A DNA stretch of 47,759 nt from Candidatus Kaiserbacteria bacterium (GCA_031430855.1 JANPCG010000003.1:1-47759); one strand, 5' to 3'. Positions 29,645 to 39,496 are shown, numbered from the stretch's first letter. The notes: generated by a model from the letters alone, not told the origin. Numbers and translations are program-made.

Positions 29645-29806
29645 TCAAACGGTCCAGGAATCTTCTCTAGGAGAGGAGCAGATTCGGACATAAATTCACA
29701 ATAATCGCTACGCTTATTTGTTCATTCAAAAAAACCCTCGACGCCGGCGTCGTTGATGCACAGATGAGTGCAATCTACGACGCTGTCGCGAAGACAGGCT
29801 TTGTGG

Positions 29807-30007
29807 TCAGATAGGTTTGATGATAAAGGTCATTCCCGGATTCAATCGAGACATTCCTATTATCATCAACTCGGCGTTTTCTCGCTTGAGGATTCGCGCG
29901 AGCTTGGGATCGAGTGTCATTGTGGTGTCTGTAGCGCTGTGGACGTATCTATCGATGTGGACACCGTTAGCTATACCCTCTCCCCAAATAAGAGCTTCTT
30001 CAGTCAT
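29807..30007 (-). CDS. Small hypothetical protein
   Basis: 66-aa ORF with GGAGG 9 nt upstream of ATG; GC-rich hairpin and T-tract downstream on the minus strand (~29728-29790). Confidence 0.45.
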   Translation of the reverse strand: MTEEALIWGEGIANGVHIDRYVHSATDTTMTLDPKLARILKRENAELMIIGMSRLNPGMTFIIKPI

Positions 30008-30123
30008 TTTGGGTTTCCTCCACTATCATCAATTCACCTAAAATACTACCTTTTAACCTCGCAAACAAGCCGTTTTTTTGGTATACTAGCGGCACATTAT
30101 TATTGCAGTAAGTACGACTTGTT

Positions 30124-32238
30124 ATGGCCGACAAAGCACCCAAAAAAGCAACCTATGATGCCTCCTCGATCTCTGTCCTCGAAGGACTTGATCCGGTGCG
30201 TAAACGACCGGGGATGTACATTGGTACAACTGGACCAGAAGGTTTCCACCACTTGATTTGGGAAGTATTTGATAACTCGCGCGATGAAGCGATGGGTGGT
30301 TTTGCAAACCGGGTCGAGGTAGCGTTGTTGCCGGGTGGGTATGTACGTGTAGTAGATAACGGGCGTGGTATTCCGGTTGACCTCCATAAACAAACGGGAG
30401 TCTCTGCCCTCGAGACCATTCTCACCGTGCTTCACGCCGGCGGTAAATTTGGGGGTGAGGATTCAGGGTACAAAGTGTCTGGTGGTCTCCACGGCGTGGG
30501 TGTGTCGGTTATGAATGCCCTTTCGACGCACGTCATTGTCGAAGTACATCGTGATGGAGGACACTATATTCAAGAATATGCTATCGGTATACCCAAGTAC
30601 AAAGTGAAAAAACTCGGTGCTTCGAAAATGCAAGGAACGGTCGTCACTTTCCAAGGGGACGCCAGTATTTTCCCTGATACCACCTATGACTTCAAAAAAA
30701 TTGTGACCCACTTGCGTCAACAGGCGTACTTAGTAAAAGCGATGCAACTGTCGGTGATTGATGCACGTACAGCTGCCGGAGAGGAAGCTGTAGTGCATGC
30801 CTCCACAGATAAAGCGCTCGGGAAATTTCTGGATGGACTACGGGGTAAAATGTATCTCTCGGATGAACACCTTGAAGTACCACATCAACATTTCTATTTT
30901 GAAGGAGGGCTCCGTTCGCTCGTAGCATTCAATAACCAGTATCAAAAACCCGTTCACAAAAACATTTTTTATGTAGAAAAAAATGATTATGATAAAATGG
31001 TACTTTCGGTTGAAGTAGCACTACAATACGTGGATGATATTTCTGCTCGTATCTCGGCCTTTGCGAATAATATCTACAATCCAGAACACGGAACTCACAT
31101 CACTGGGTTTAAGACAGCGCTCACCCGAACCCTAAATAACTACGCCAAGAAAAACAACTTCTTTAGTGTCAAAGACAAAGACGCCGGCTTTACGGGAGAT
31201 GATGTGCTCGAAGGAATTACCGCAGTAGTGTCAGTCAAGATGCCAGAAATTCAATTTGAAGGCCAAACAAAAGCGAAACTTGGATCAGTCGAAGCTCGTG
31301 GTGCCGTAGAGTCAGTGTTCGGCGAAGCCTTTAATATGTACCTTGAAGAGAATCCTGATGATGCCAAAGCCATTATCAATAAAGTGATTATCGCCGTGAA
31401 GGCGCGAAAGGCCGCGAAGGCTGCTAAGGATAGTGTCTTACGTAAGGGAATGCTCGAAGGGATGTCGCTCCCCGGTAAGTTGGCTGACTGCCAGAGTAAG
31501 AAGGCGAGTGATTCAGAGCTCTTTATTGTAGAGGGGGACTCAGCGGGTGGTTCGGCAAAGATGGGACGCGATCGAAAGACGCAGGCAATCCTTCCGCTCC
31601 GGGGAAAAATCCTCAATGTAGAACGCGCTCGTATCGATAAAATGCTCGGTTCAGAACAAATTAAAAACCTCGTGATTGCGATGGGCACTGCCATTGGTGA
31701 TGTGTTTGATATCGAAAAACTCCGGTATCATAAGGTAATTATTGCGACCGACGCTGACGTTGACGGAGCGCACATCCGGACGCTCTTGCTCACGTTGTTC
31801 TACCGGTACTTTAAACCGCTGATTGAAGCAGGGTTCATCTACATTGCCCAACCGCCACTCTATAAAATTCAGAAAGGGAAAGATGTTCGCTATGCCTATT
31901 CTGATTCAGAAAAAATGCAGGTCTTAAAAGACCTAGGTGAAGACCCAGCTGCCGATATCGGAGCGGTTGAAGACGAAGAAGAAGAGACAGAAGAAACAGC
32001 GACTGCTACCAAGAAGCCAGGTCGGGTGCGGATTCAGCGGTACAAGGGTCTCGGTGAAATGAATGCTGATGAATTGTGGGAAACAACAATGAACCCAGAA
32101 TTTCGTATCCTCAAGCAAGTAACGATTGATGATGGGCAATTAGCGGATAAGATTTTTGACATCTTAATGGGGACGGATGTACCGAGTCGGAAGTCTTTTA
32201 TTCAGTCTAACGCCAAGATGGCCACCCTCGACATCTAA
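30124..32238 (+). CDS. gyrB: DNA gyrase subunit B
   Basis: VRKRPGMYIG, DNGRGIP, HAGGKF, EGDSAGG, PLRGK, DADVDG, RYKGLGEM. Confidence 0.96.
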   Translation: MADKAPKKATYDASSISVLEGLDPVRKRPGMYIGTTGPEGFHHLIWEVFDNSRDEAMGGFANRVEVALLPGGYVRVVDNGRGIPVDLHKQTGVSALETILTVLHAGGKFGGEDSGYKVSGGLHGVGVSVMNALSTHVIVEVHRDGGHYIQEYAIGIPKYKVKKLGASKMQGTVVTFQGDASIFPDTTYDFKKIVTHLRQQAYLVKAMQLSVIDARTAAGEEAVVHASTDKALGKFLDGLRGKMYLSDEHLEVPHQHFYFEGGLRSLVAFNNQYQKPVHKNIFYVEKNDYDKMVLSVEVALQYVDDISARISAFANNIYNPEHGTHITGFKTALTRTLNNYAKKNNFFSVKDKDAGFTGDDVLEGITAVVSVKMPEIQFEGQTKAKLGSVEARGAVESVFGEAFNMYLEENPDDAKAIINKVIIAVKARKAAKAAKDSVLRKGMLEGMSLPGKLADCQSKKASDSELFIVEGDSAGGSAKMGRDRKTQAILPLRGKILNVERARIDKMLGSEQIKNLVIAMGTAIGDVFDIEKLRYHKVIIATDADVDGAHIRTLLLTLFYRYFKPLIEAGFIYIAQPPLYKIQKGKDVRYAYSDSEKMQVLKDLGEDPAADIGAVEDEEEETEETATATKKPGRVRIQRYKGLGEMNADELWETTMNPEFRILKQVTIDDGQLADKIFDILMGTDVPSRKSFIQSNAKMATLDI

Positions 32239-32360
32239 TTGCGTCAAAATCCTCATCTACTTCGTTGCTTCCTTTGTTCGTTGATTCACCGTACATTAAG
32301 TACGACTCATCAACTCACGCAGTCGCGCCTCGTAGCTGAGAGATTTATGTCCGCAATTAG
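32235..32360 (-). repeat. Dispersed structured element, copy 2 (overlaps gyrB stop)
   Basis: CTACTTCGTT..TCACCGTAC-attaa-GTACGACTC..GCCTCGTAGCTG; outer IR ctaattgcg/cgcaattag. Confidence 0.8.
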
Positions 32361-32401
32361 TTTATGGAAGTACCGGATGTTGCTAAAGGCTATTAATTAA
32401 A

Positions 32402-32442
32402 TAAAAAAATACCACCACCCGAGAGGGTGGTGGTGTTTTTTA
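32402..32442. terminator. Bidirectional intrinsic terminator
   Basis: aaaaaaataccaccaccc-gaga-gggtggtggtgtttttt. Confidence 0.88.
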
Positions 32443-32457
32443 TTGCTGCGAGTAACG

Positions 32458-33522
32458 TTACTTTACGGTAACCGCTCCGGTGAAGCTGTTGTTGGTGAGC
32501 TTGGTGTCGCCAGTTACCTTGAGGGTAACATCAAATGGTTGTACCCCGGTATCGTCAGTCATATTGAATCCAATCGTGAGTACTGCTCGTTCGTTCGGCT
32601 TGAGTCCCTTTTGAGATTTTGAGACATAGGTTGTGCCGTTCGGGAGGGTAGCAGCGAAACTAAAACTCTGTGAGGTCTTGGTGCCGAGATTACGAACTTC
32701 AATTTGAATGGCGCTGGCTCCGCCGCTCGTAATGGTACCGAGATTTATAAATTGATTATTGAGTATGGTGCCTGCACCGAGAGAACGTACAGCGAGATCA
32801 GTAAAGCCTTTCGGGTCACTGGTAGGGAGCGTAGAGACGGGTTTTGTTGGTGTAGGAGTAGGTTTTAAGGGCGTTGTTGGTTTTGTTGGTGTGGTAGGGG
32901 CTGGCTTTGGAACTTCTGGTTTAGTTGTGGTAGCAACTGGCGTTACTGGTTCTGGCGTAACTGTCTCTGGTGGGGTAGAGGTCGCAATGGTTTCGGTTGG
33001 GGCAATACTGACATTTACGAGCGAAAGAGTGCCTGATTGAGACGCGACATCAGCAATGGCACGTGGAGTGATAAACGAGATGGTGTAGGTTACGTCAGTA
33101 AACCGATTTCGTTCAGCCATAATACTGAGATCAACGCTCGTCACGTCACCGAGAATAACTGGTTCGTCACAGGTAGCTGGAGTGAGGTCGCCGCTTTCGA
33201 GTCGCACATCAATGGCGACACCGGGAGCACAATCATAGGTAAATGAGAACTCACCTTCAGGCTCTGGATCGTTCCAGGAAAGTTTTACTGACTCACCACT
33301 GTTAATGATATCTTTGTCACTTACGACGAGTAATTCTACCGGCTTATAGTTATAGACACTGTCAGCTAAAGAGGCGAGGGAGGTAAAGGCGTTTGGCATC
33401 ACCCGAACGAGCTGGATACCTAACCAGGAAATAATGATAACAAGACCGATGAGTCCACTGATGGCGAGTAACTTGAGGATACGGTCTTTATTCTGATTTT
33501 GCTCCGGATTTTCGGTATTCAT
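32458..33522 (-). CDS. Membrane-anchored protein with Pro/Thr linker and C-terminal CARDB-like Ig domain
   Basis: N-terminal TM; PT-rich stalk; DLAV..VRNLGTK..GLKPNE CARDB-like pattern. Confidence 0.7.
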   Translation of the reverse strand: MNTENPEQNQNKDRILKLLAISGLIGLVIIISWLGIQLVRVMPNAFTSLASLADSVYNYKPVELLVVSDKDIINSGESVKLSWNDPEPEGEFSFTYDCAPGVAIDVRLESGDLTPATCDEPVILGDVTSVDLSIMAERNRFTDVTYTISFITPRAIADVASQSGTLSLVNVSIAPTETIATSTPPETVTPEPVTPVATTTKPEVPKPAPTTPTKPTTPLKPTPTPTKPVSTLPTSDPKGFTDLAVRSLGAGTILNNQFINLGTITSGGASAIQIEVRNLGTKTSQSFSFAATLPNGTTYVSKSQKGLKPNERAVLTIGFNMTDDTGVQPFDVTLKVTGDTKLTNNSFTGAVTVK

Positions 33523-33628
33523 AGTACTTCGACCCTACCATAATCAACGATTCATGTCAATATTAGAAAATAGAAGTGACACTCGGTAAAGAGGCGATAG
33601 TTAGTTTCTAATTGAGGGAGGTAATTTA

Positions 33629-33657
33629 TTGACAAATCAATAAATTCATGCTAACAT
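33629..33657 (+). promoter_or_regulatory. Sigma70 promoter of the sortase gene
   Basis: TTGACA-17 nt-TAACAT with TG extension, 9 nt before ATG. Confidence 0.65.
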
Positions 33658-33666
33658 ACAGACCTT

Positions 33667-34344
33667 ATGCATCCATTTTTGCACGCTATTGATGCCATTC
33701 TTGACCGAAAGTGGTCATTCCTCGGTGCCTTTTTTGTATTTTTTACCCTCAGTTACGGCTTTTTATCACTTGCTGATTTCTTACCCGAATCACCTACTGA
33801 TGACACCGCTACTGAAGTAATGGCCACAACGACCATAGAGAACGTAGAGACAGCAGTAGTTGCTACCACGTCAGAATCTAATCAGGTGTTTTTGGGAGAG
33901 GTTGACGCTTTGCCGCAGACACTCAACATCGTAGCCCTTAATCGCACTATTCCGGTCCTCAATCCCGCCTCGCGCAGTATTCCAGCACTGGATGCGGCTT
34001 TACTTAAAGGAGTCGTCCGACACCCCGATTCAGCGACGATGAAAGATGAGGGTAATATCTTTATTTTAGGCCACTCCAGCTACCTTCCCATTGTTAATAA
34101 TCGTAATTTTCAAGCCTTAAATGGTATCCAGGACTTAGTTTGGGGGGATATAATCACTCTTTCGTCTGCGGATGTGGTGTCAACCTACCGTGTATCTAAG
34201 GTTTACAAAGCTAAGGCGTCAGCCCTGACAATCCCAATTACCGGGGAAGGGAAGCGTCTTACTCTCGCCACCTGTAACAGTTTTGGATCAACTGACGACC
34301 GCTACATTGTTGAGGCGGAATTGGTATCTTCCGAAGCTCGATAA
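33667..34344 (+). CDS. Sortase
   Basis: N-terminal TM; catalytic triad GHSS..LTLATC..R; LLKGVVRHP..GNIFILGH. Confidence 0.9.
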   Translation: MHPFLHAIDAILDRKWSFLGAFFVFFTLSYGFLSLADFLPESPTDDTATEVMATTTIENVETAVVATTSESNQVFLGEVDALPQTLNIVALNRTIPVLNPASRSIPALDAALLKGVVRHPDSATMKDEGNIFILGHSSYLPIVNNRNFQALNGIQDLVWGDIITLSSADVVSTYRVSKVYKAKASALTIPITGEGKRLTLATCNSFGSTDDRYIVEAELVSSEAR

Positions 34345-34467
34345 GAGTAAAATTACCGAGAAAAAATTAGAAAAGTCAGGTCTAAAGCTTGACTTTTCTT
34401 ATTTTATATGATATTATAGTGAAAGTATGAAACGCGCTACGGCGCCACATTGGCTTAGGAGGCCATT

Positions 34468-34773
34468 ATGATCAAGTTCTATCTCGCTCTCGCAACCGCT
34501 GCTGCACTCTCGGCGTGCGGCGCTCCCCAGGCCACGAGCCATGCTTCCGGTGGCGGCGGTACATCGACCAACTTCACGGTTGACACCAGTCCGACCGTCC
34601 CGACCCCGCCCGCCGTGGGTGATGGAGCGGGTACTCCGGCCCCGGCCCCAGCACCTGATGGTGCTCCTGCTACGGAAGCTGGAAACGAGAAGCCACCGCA
34701 AGGAGGTGACGTCGACGGCTTCCAGGCCGACAACTCCCCGACGACGGGAAATCCGCCGCAGCCAAACAACTGA
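34468..34773 (+). CDS. Small Pro/Gly-rich lipoprotein
   Basis: Lipobox LSAC; SD AGGAGG; own promoter TTGACT-17-TATTAT (34389-34417) and terminator. Confidence 0.65.
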   Translation: MIKFYLALATAAALSACGAPQATSHASGGGGTSTNFTVDTSPTVPTPPAVGDGAGTPAPAPAPDGAPATEAGNEKPPQGGDVDGFQADNSPTTGNPPQPNN

Positions 34774-34804
34774 AGCGGAAATACTATCCGCTCCCCATAC
34801 CACT

Positions 34805-34838
34805 GGCCCCTGCATACATGCAGGGGTCTTTCTTTTTA
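34805..34838 (+). terminator. Intrinsic terminator
   Basis: ggcccctgcat-ac-atgcaggggtc then tttcttttt. Confidence 0.75.
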
Positions 34839-35013
34839 TCCGTATATTAGTTTGGATTACGAGGGGGTTGACAGGATGCGATTATACTTGACAAATGCTG
34901 CATCGTCTGATAGTATGGTGTGGTACAACGTCCTATCTGTTCTTAACGAGAAGACGTCCTTTGAAACTCAGGGTGCCTGAAAGCATCTAAAAATGGCTGA
35001 GGAGGCCAATACG

Positions 35014-35535
35014 ATGAAAAACCTTATGTTGGCGGCCGTCCTGGCTGTTTCTGCCTTCGTCGGGATGTCTGATTCGGCGTTCGCAAATTGCGCACCCGAC
35101 ATGACTGTCTCGACCCGAGCTTGTCCTATCTTTACTCCCGAAGGTGACCTTGTCACCAGCGGAACGGTGATTCAGAATCTCGACCTTTGGGTCGATATCT
35201 GCTACCCGGCGGAAGATTGGCAATCTCAAGAAGCCCGGACCGGTCAGCGACCATTCTTTGTGTCGCTCAACGTTACTGGCGAACGTGGTGTCATTCGGGG
35301 GATTCCTCGCTATACGTCCCGTGAAGACATGAAAGATGCCAAACTGATTCAGGCCCAGTGCTACCGGCAGTACTATCTGCCGGGCTGGGTGGTGATGACC
35401 ATCACCAAATGTCGCGAGGAAGGCTTCAACGTCTTCCTTACGACCCGGGTCCTCTCCGCGGACGATCACGGGAACACTGTCTTCTTCGAAGGTCGGCCGG
35501 ACCTTGACCGTTACGCATACCGCGTGCGGTACTAA
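35014..35535 (+). CDS. Secreted hypothetical protein (Cys-containing)
   Basis: SD AGGAGG; signal peptide MKNLMLAAVLAVSA..AFA; promoter TTGACA-17-TAGTAT (34888-34916); downstream hairpin 35542-35573. Confidence 0.65.
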   Translation: MKNLMLAAVLAVSAFVGMSDSAFANCAPDMTVSTRACPIFTPEGDLVTSGTVIQNLDLWVDICYPAEDWQSQEARTGQRPFFVSLNVTGERGVIRGIPRYTSREDMKDAKLIQAQCYRQYYLPGWVVMTITKCREEGFNVFLTTRVLSADDHGNTVFFEGRPDLDRYAYRVRY

Positions 35536-35650
35536 GATCTCGGTATGGGCGCGAATTTATTTTCGCCCATACCACCTTTAATATTCTTGCGTACATGGTG
35601 TAGGTAAGAATATCGAGAGGTTATCAAATTTATTATTTCAATTATTGTTT

Positions 35651-38600
35651 ATGAAAACTACTATTACTAAAGTATCAATCACCCTCACCTTGGCGGTATT
35701 TGCCTTCGGTGTATTTGGGTATGCTACTTCAACTGATCTTTTGATCAACGAAGCCCAGGCTGTTGTCGGTGACTCAGGTGGATGTGGTAGTTGTGGAGGA
35801 GGTGGTTCAACCGGTGGCGATGGTGGAGGTGGCGGTACTACCGTTACTCCCCCAGCCTGTGATGTTTCAACAAATATTAGTTCAGTTGTGGCGGGTGCGT
35901 CATACACCATTACGTGGAATGTCGGATCTGCTTCTTCCGTAAACGTATACATCAATGGTGCACACGTAAACAAAACTGGTTCAGCAACCTATACCTTCCG
36001 TGACGTAAATAACACTGAGACGTTCCGTCTCACTGCACAAAACGCCGGTGGTAGCTGTAACGATACTGTTGTCGTGACAAAAACTGTTGTTAATACTCCG
36101 TCACCAACGTGTGATATCCGAACGAATCTCTCAGTCGTAAGTGCCGGTGAGGCGTATACCATTTCATGGAATGGGACACCATCAACCGGAACTACCTTCC
36201 GCGTGAATGGTGTGGTAGTGGCTCCGACCGATTCAGCTACGTACAGTTTCCGTGCTGTGAATAATACTGAAAAGTACACGATGACGGGAACAAACTCAGG
36301 CGGAACCTGTACTGATGAAGTAACGGTAACCAAGAAGGCTCCAGAAATTCGTACCTGTGATGTCCGAGCGAGTGCTACTTCAATTGCAACGGGTGGAAGT
36401 ATTACGCTTACCTGGGCAACCCAAGGCTTCTCAGATATTAAAATTAACGGCGTTGCTGTAACGGGCGCCAATGGAACAAAAACCTACACCAACATTCAGG
36501 CGAATACGACGTATACCCTGACTGCCAAAACGGCTGATGGTACCGGAAATTGTACGGCTACCGTAACGGTAATCTGTGTACCGCCAGTAGTATTGCCCCC
36601 TTCATGTGTGATTACGGCTAATCCGTACACAATCACTGCCGGCGGATCATCAAACCTCTCTTGGACATCACAGAATGCAGTATCAGCGTCACTTAACCAG
36701 TCAATTGGTAGTGTGGCAGTTAATGGTACGCGTTCAGTGTCACCAAGTAACACGACAACGTACACGATGACCGTGACGAACTCAGCTGGAGTTACTGCAA
36801 CGTGCGCTAGGGCAATTACTGTTACTCCGGTAGTGGTACCTGCACCTACGTGTGCACTGTATGGTAATCCACACACGATTGATGCTGGGAACTCAGCTCG
36901 TCTGACTTGGACGTCACAGAACGCAGTAACCGGTATTATCAATCAAGGTGTTGGTGAAGTAAATCCAACGAATACTGCCGGATACCGTGACGTGTCACCA
37001 AGTAACACGACAACCTACACGATGACGGTTACGAACTCAGCTGGAGTTACTGCAACGTGTGCTAAGACGATTACCGTTGTGCCACGACCAGAAGCTCCGG
37101 TGTGTAACTCATTTACTGCCAATCCTGCAACCATTACTCGTGGTGGAAACAGTACTCTTTCGTGGAATACTACCAACGTTACTGCTGTAACAATTAACAA
37201 TGGTGTCGGCGCTGTCGCGGTTTATGGTTCAACCAGTGTCTCTCCGATTGATACGGTGACCTACACGCTTACCGCAACAGGTGCCAATAACCAACAGGTA
37301 TCATGTCCGGTAACCGTAACGGTGAGTAATCCACCAGAAGATACTAAGCCGGTCTGTGAATCATTCACCGCTTCACCAAACTCACTTCCAAACGGAGGCG
37401 GAAACACGACACTTACGTGGAATACAAGTCGAGCTACTAACGTGAGTATTTCACCAAATATTGGTGCCGTAGCCACTGATGGACAGCGACTTGTGTCAGT
37501 AACTAACTCAACTACCTACACGCTCACTGCCCGTGATGCAGATAACGACTCAGATACCTGTACTGCACAAGTTACCGTAGCACCGGTTAATCCTCCTGTT
37601 ATTACTTGTTCAGCTAACGTAAACTTCACGGCCAGTCCAACCTCAATCCGAGAAGGACAGAGTACAAACCTTGCCTGGAACACCAATGGAATCACGAGTG
37701 TTCGATTTGATAATGGTATATCAACTACTGGTCTTTCAGGATCAGTGAGTGTCAATCCAACCAGTGATCGAACCTACACCCTTACCGCTTCAAACGGAAC
37801 TGATACTATCAATTGTCCAATCTCAATTAACGTTGATGAAGATAATGGTGGCGGTGGCGGAGGTGGTACACCAACCCCACGTTGTGAACTTAAAATCAGT
37901 GATCGTACCATCAATCGTGGTGATCGAGTAACCCTTACCTGGGAAACTTCAAATGCGACTGAAGTTGAGCTCGAAGACAATCACGGTAAAACCCTCATTA
38001 CGACTGACGGAAAGAAAAGTAGTGACAAGAAAGATCTCTACGATGGCGAAATCACGCTCCGTCCTGATCGAGATACAACCTACACCCTCTTAGCTGAGCG
38101 TGGAAGTAAGGATAAGACCTGTACAGTGAAAGTGGCTGTTAAAGATAGTGTCGTGGTTCTTGAAACTCGTGACCAACAGCCGCTCGTAGCAGGTATTGCC
38201 CTTACCCAAGTGCCATACACTGGATTCGAAGCTGGTCCTTTCATGACTGTGATGTTCTACACATTACTTGCTTTATGGGCACTCTACCTCGCCTACATCT
38301 TTGTGATTCGCCCAAAGATGGGGATGGTTCCAGCAACTGCTGCGGTCGTATCAGACAATGTCTTTACTCCGCATATGTTTGCAGCTCCAACAACGAGTGT
38401 ACCGAACTTCCATCCGGAAGTAGTGGCTACCCCAGCGATTGCCGCCCTTAGCACTGCAGTTGTTGGCTATGAATCACACGTGTCTGATGAAGTCACAATG
38501 ATTGAGAACCGCGCTCATGCAGCTCATATCCTTCTCTCAGGAGAAGCAATTGCACACCTTACGGTGATTGGGAATACCAATAATCTTGATGAAATTCTTA

Positions 38601-38692
38601 CGAGTGTATTTGTAAAAGCAAAGGCATCGTATCCAAGTGAGGAGGGGTGGGTTGTTATAAACCTCGAACGACTCGCTGCTCTCCTTAGTTAA
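35651..38692 (+). CDS. Large surface protein with nine Cys-bracketed Ig/PKD-like repeats, VPYTG sortase motif, TM helix and cytoplasmic C-terminal domain
   Basis: Repeats C..A.P.TI..G.S.TL.W...N......TTYTLTA....C; TQVPYTG then a hydrophobic helix and RPK; 255-bp-period DNA duplication at 36737/36992. Confidence 0.85.
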   Translation: MKTTITKVSITLTLAVFAFGVFGYATSTDLLINEAQAVVGDSGGCGSCGGGGSTGGDGGGGGTTVTPPACDVSTNISSVVAGASYTITWNVGSASSVNVYINGAHVNKTGSATYTFRDVNNTETFRLTAQNAGGSCNDTVVVTKTVVNTPSPTCDIRTNLSVVSAGEAYTISWNGTPSTGTTFRVNGVVVAPTDSATYSFRAVNNTEKYTMTGTNSGGTCTDEVTVTKKAPEIRTCDVRASATSIATGGSITLTWATQGFSDIKINGVAVTGANGTKTYTNIQANTTYTLTAKTADGTGNCTATVTVICVPPVVLPPSCVITANPYTITAGGSSNLSWTSQNAVSASLNQSIGSVAVNGTRSVSPSNTTTYTMTVTNSAGVTATCARAITVTPVVVPAPTCALYGNPHTIDAGNSARLTWTSQNAVTGIINQGVGEVNPTNTAGYRDVSPSNTTTYTMTVTNSAGVTATCAKTITVVPRPEAPVCNSFTANPATITRGGNSTLSWNTTNVTAVTINNGVGAVAVYGSTSVSPIDTVTYTLTATGANNQQVSCPVTVTVSNPPEDTKPVCESFTASPNSLPNGGGNTTLTWNTSRATNVSISPNIGAVATDGQRLVSVTNSTTYTLTARDADNDSDTCTAQVTVAPVNPPVITCSANVNFTASPTSIREGQSTNLAWNTNGITSVRFDNGISTTGLSGSVSVNPTSDRTYTLTASNGTDTINCPISINVDEDNGGGGGGGTPTPRCELKISDRTINRGDRVTLTWETSNATEVELEDNHGKTLITTDGKKSSDKKDLYDGEITLRPDRDTTYTLLAERGSKDKTCTVKVAVKDSVVVLETRDQQPLVAGIALTQVPYTGFEAGPFMTVMFYTLLALWALYLAYIFVIRPKMGMVPATAAVVSDNVFTPHMFAAPTTSVPNFHPEVVATPAIAALSTAVVGYESHVSDEVTMIENRAHAAHILLSGEAIAHLTVIGNTNNLDEILTSVFVKAKASYPSEEGWVVINLERLAALLS

Positions 38693-38812
38693 AGATTCCA
38701 AAATTGACGCATTGCTTCGTTCGGCACGTCGTCATAACTCTCATCGTACAGAAAGTACGCCTCGAGCTATGACTAGCACCGGCCTCGCACTGCATTCAAT
38801 TTTGAAACTTTA
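38690..38812 (-). repeat. Dispersed structured element, copy 3 (overlaps stop codon)
   Basis: TTGCTTCGTT..TCATCGTAC-agaaa-GTACGCCTC..GCCTCGCACTG; outer IR caaaattga/tcaattttg. Confidence 0.8.
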
Positions 38813-38832
38813 GAGTAAGTTAGACAGAAGAA

Positions 38833-38868
38833 ACAAAACCGCCAGGCCTTACTGCCTGGCGGTTTTGT
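38833..38868. terminator. Bidirectional intrinsic terminator
   Basis: acaaaaccgccaggc-cttact-gcctggcggttttgt. Confidence 0.85.
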
Positions 38869-38897
38869 GTTATAGGAAGTGCGTTTCGTTAATTGGA

Positions 38898-39482
38898 TTA
38901 ATTTGTACTCAGGTTAAGTAAGCACTGATACGTATCCTCACTTCCGGTCACAGTATAGGCAGTACCGCCTAATTTTTTGAAGATAGCACAACTTTTTATA
39001 GAATCTTCTACTAAATAAGCATTTTCGATATCTCCTTTTACGTACTTGATAAACGAAGATCCATTATCATCAGTCTTGAGTATTTTTTCATCGTAGGAGT
39101 TTACGATAACATCAAAATACTCAAAAAGCCGTAACGAGGGTACGGTGAATCTGTTAAAACAGTCCATGTTCCCAGTAATAAGAACTACATGAAATCTATT
39201 CTTCAGATCATGTATTAATTCAAGCAATTCTTTCCTTACTGTCATCGTATTACAATCATGTACGAATGTTTCCCAAAGATATTGGTAGTTAAGTCCAGTT
39301 TCTTTAGCAACAAGTGTATTAATTTCTTCAGAACTATATTTGCCTCTCATCCAATCAGTAACCAGGGGGTTCTTTTCAGAAAATAAATAATCTTGGACCT
39401 GTTTATTTTCAACGGTACGTAAACTCCTCCAAAATCGATCGTGGCAAATTGTGCCGTCAAAATCTACGAATAATGTCTCCAT
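38898..39482 (-). CDS. HAD-superfamily hydrolase
   Basis: FVDFDGT motif I, LITGN motif II, LVEDS motif IV; AT-rich. Confidence 0.85.
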   Translation of the reverse strand: METLFVDFDGTICHDRFWRSLRTVENKQVQDYLFSEKNPLVTDWMRGKYSSEEINTLVAKETGLNYQYLWETFVHDCNTMTVRKELLELIHDLKNRFHVVLITGNMDCFNRFTVPSLRLFEYFDVIVNSYDEKILKTDDNGSSFIKYVKGDIENAYLVEDSIKSCAIFKKLGGTAYTVTGSEDTYQCLLNLSTN

Positions 39483-39496
39483 TTTATATCTGAGGA

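Noticed and set aside
29768-30256. 162-aa plus-strand ORF before gyrB
   Set aside because: It overlaps gyrB out of frame and spans its promoter; the minus-strand 66-aa ORF has better signals.
32280-32316. Hammerhead ribozyme in element copy 2 (minus strand UUGAUGAG-stem-UGAAU)
   Set aside because: The core deviates from CUGANGA/GAAA and is not conserved in the other three copies.
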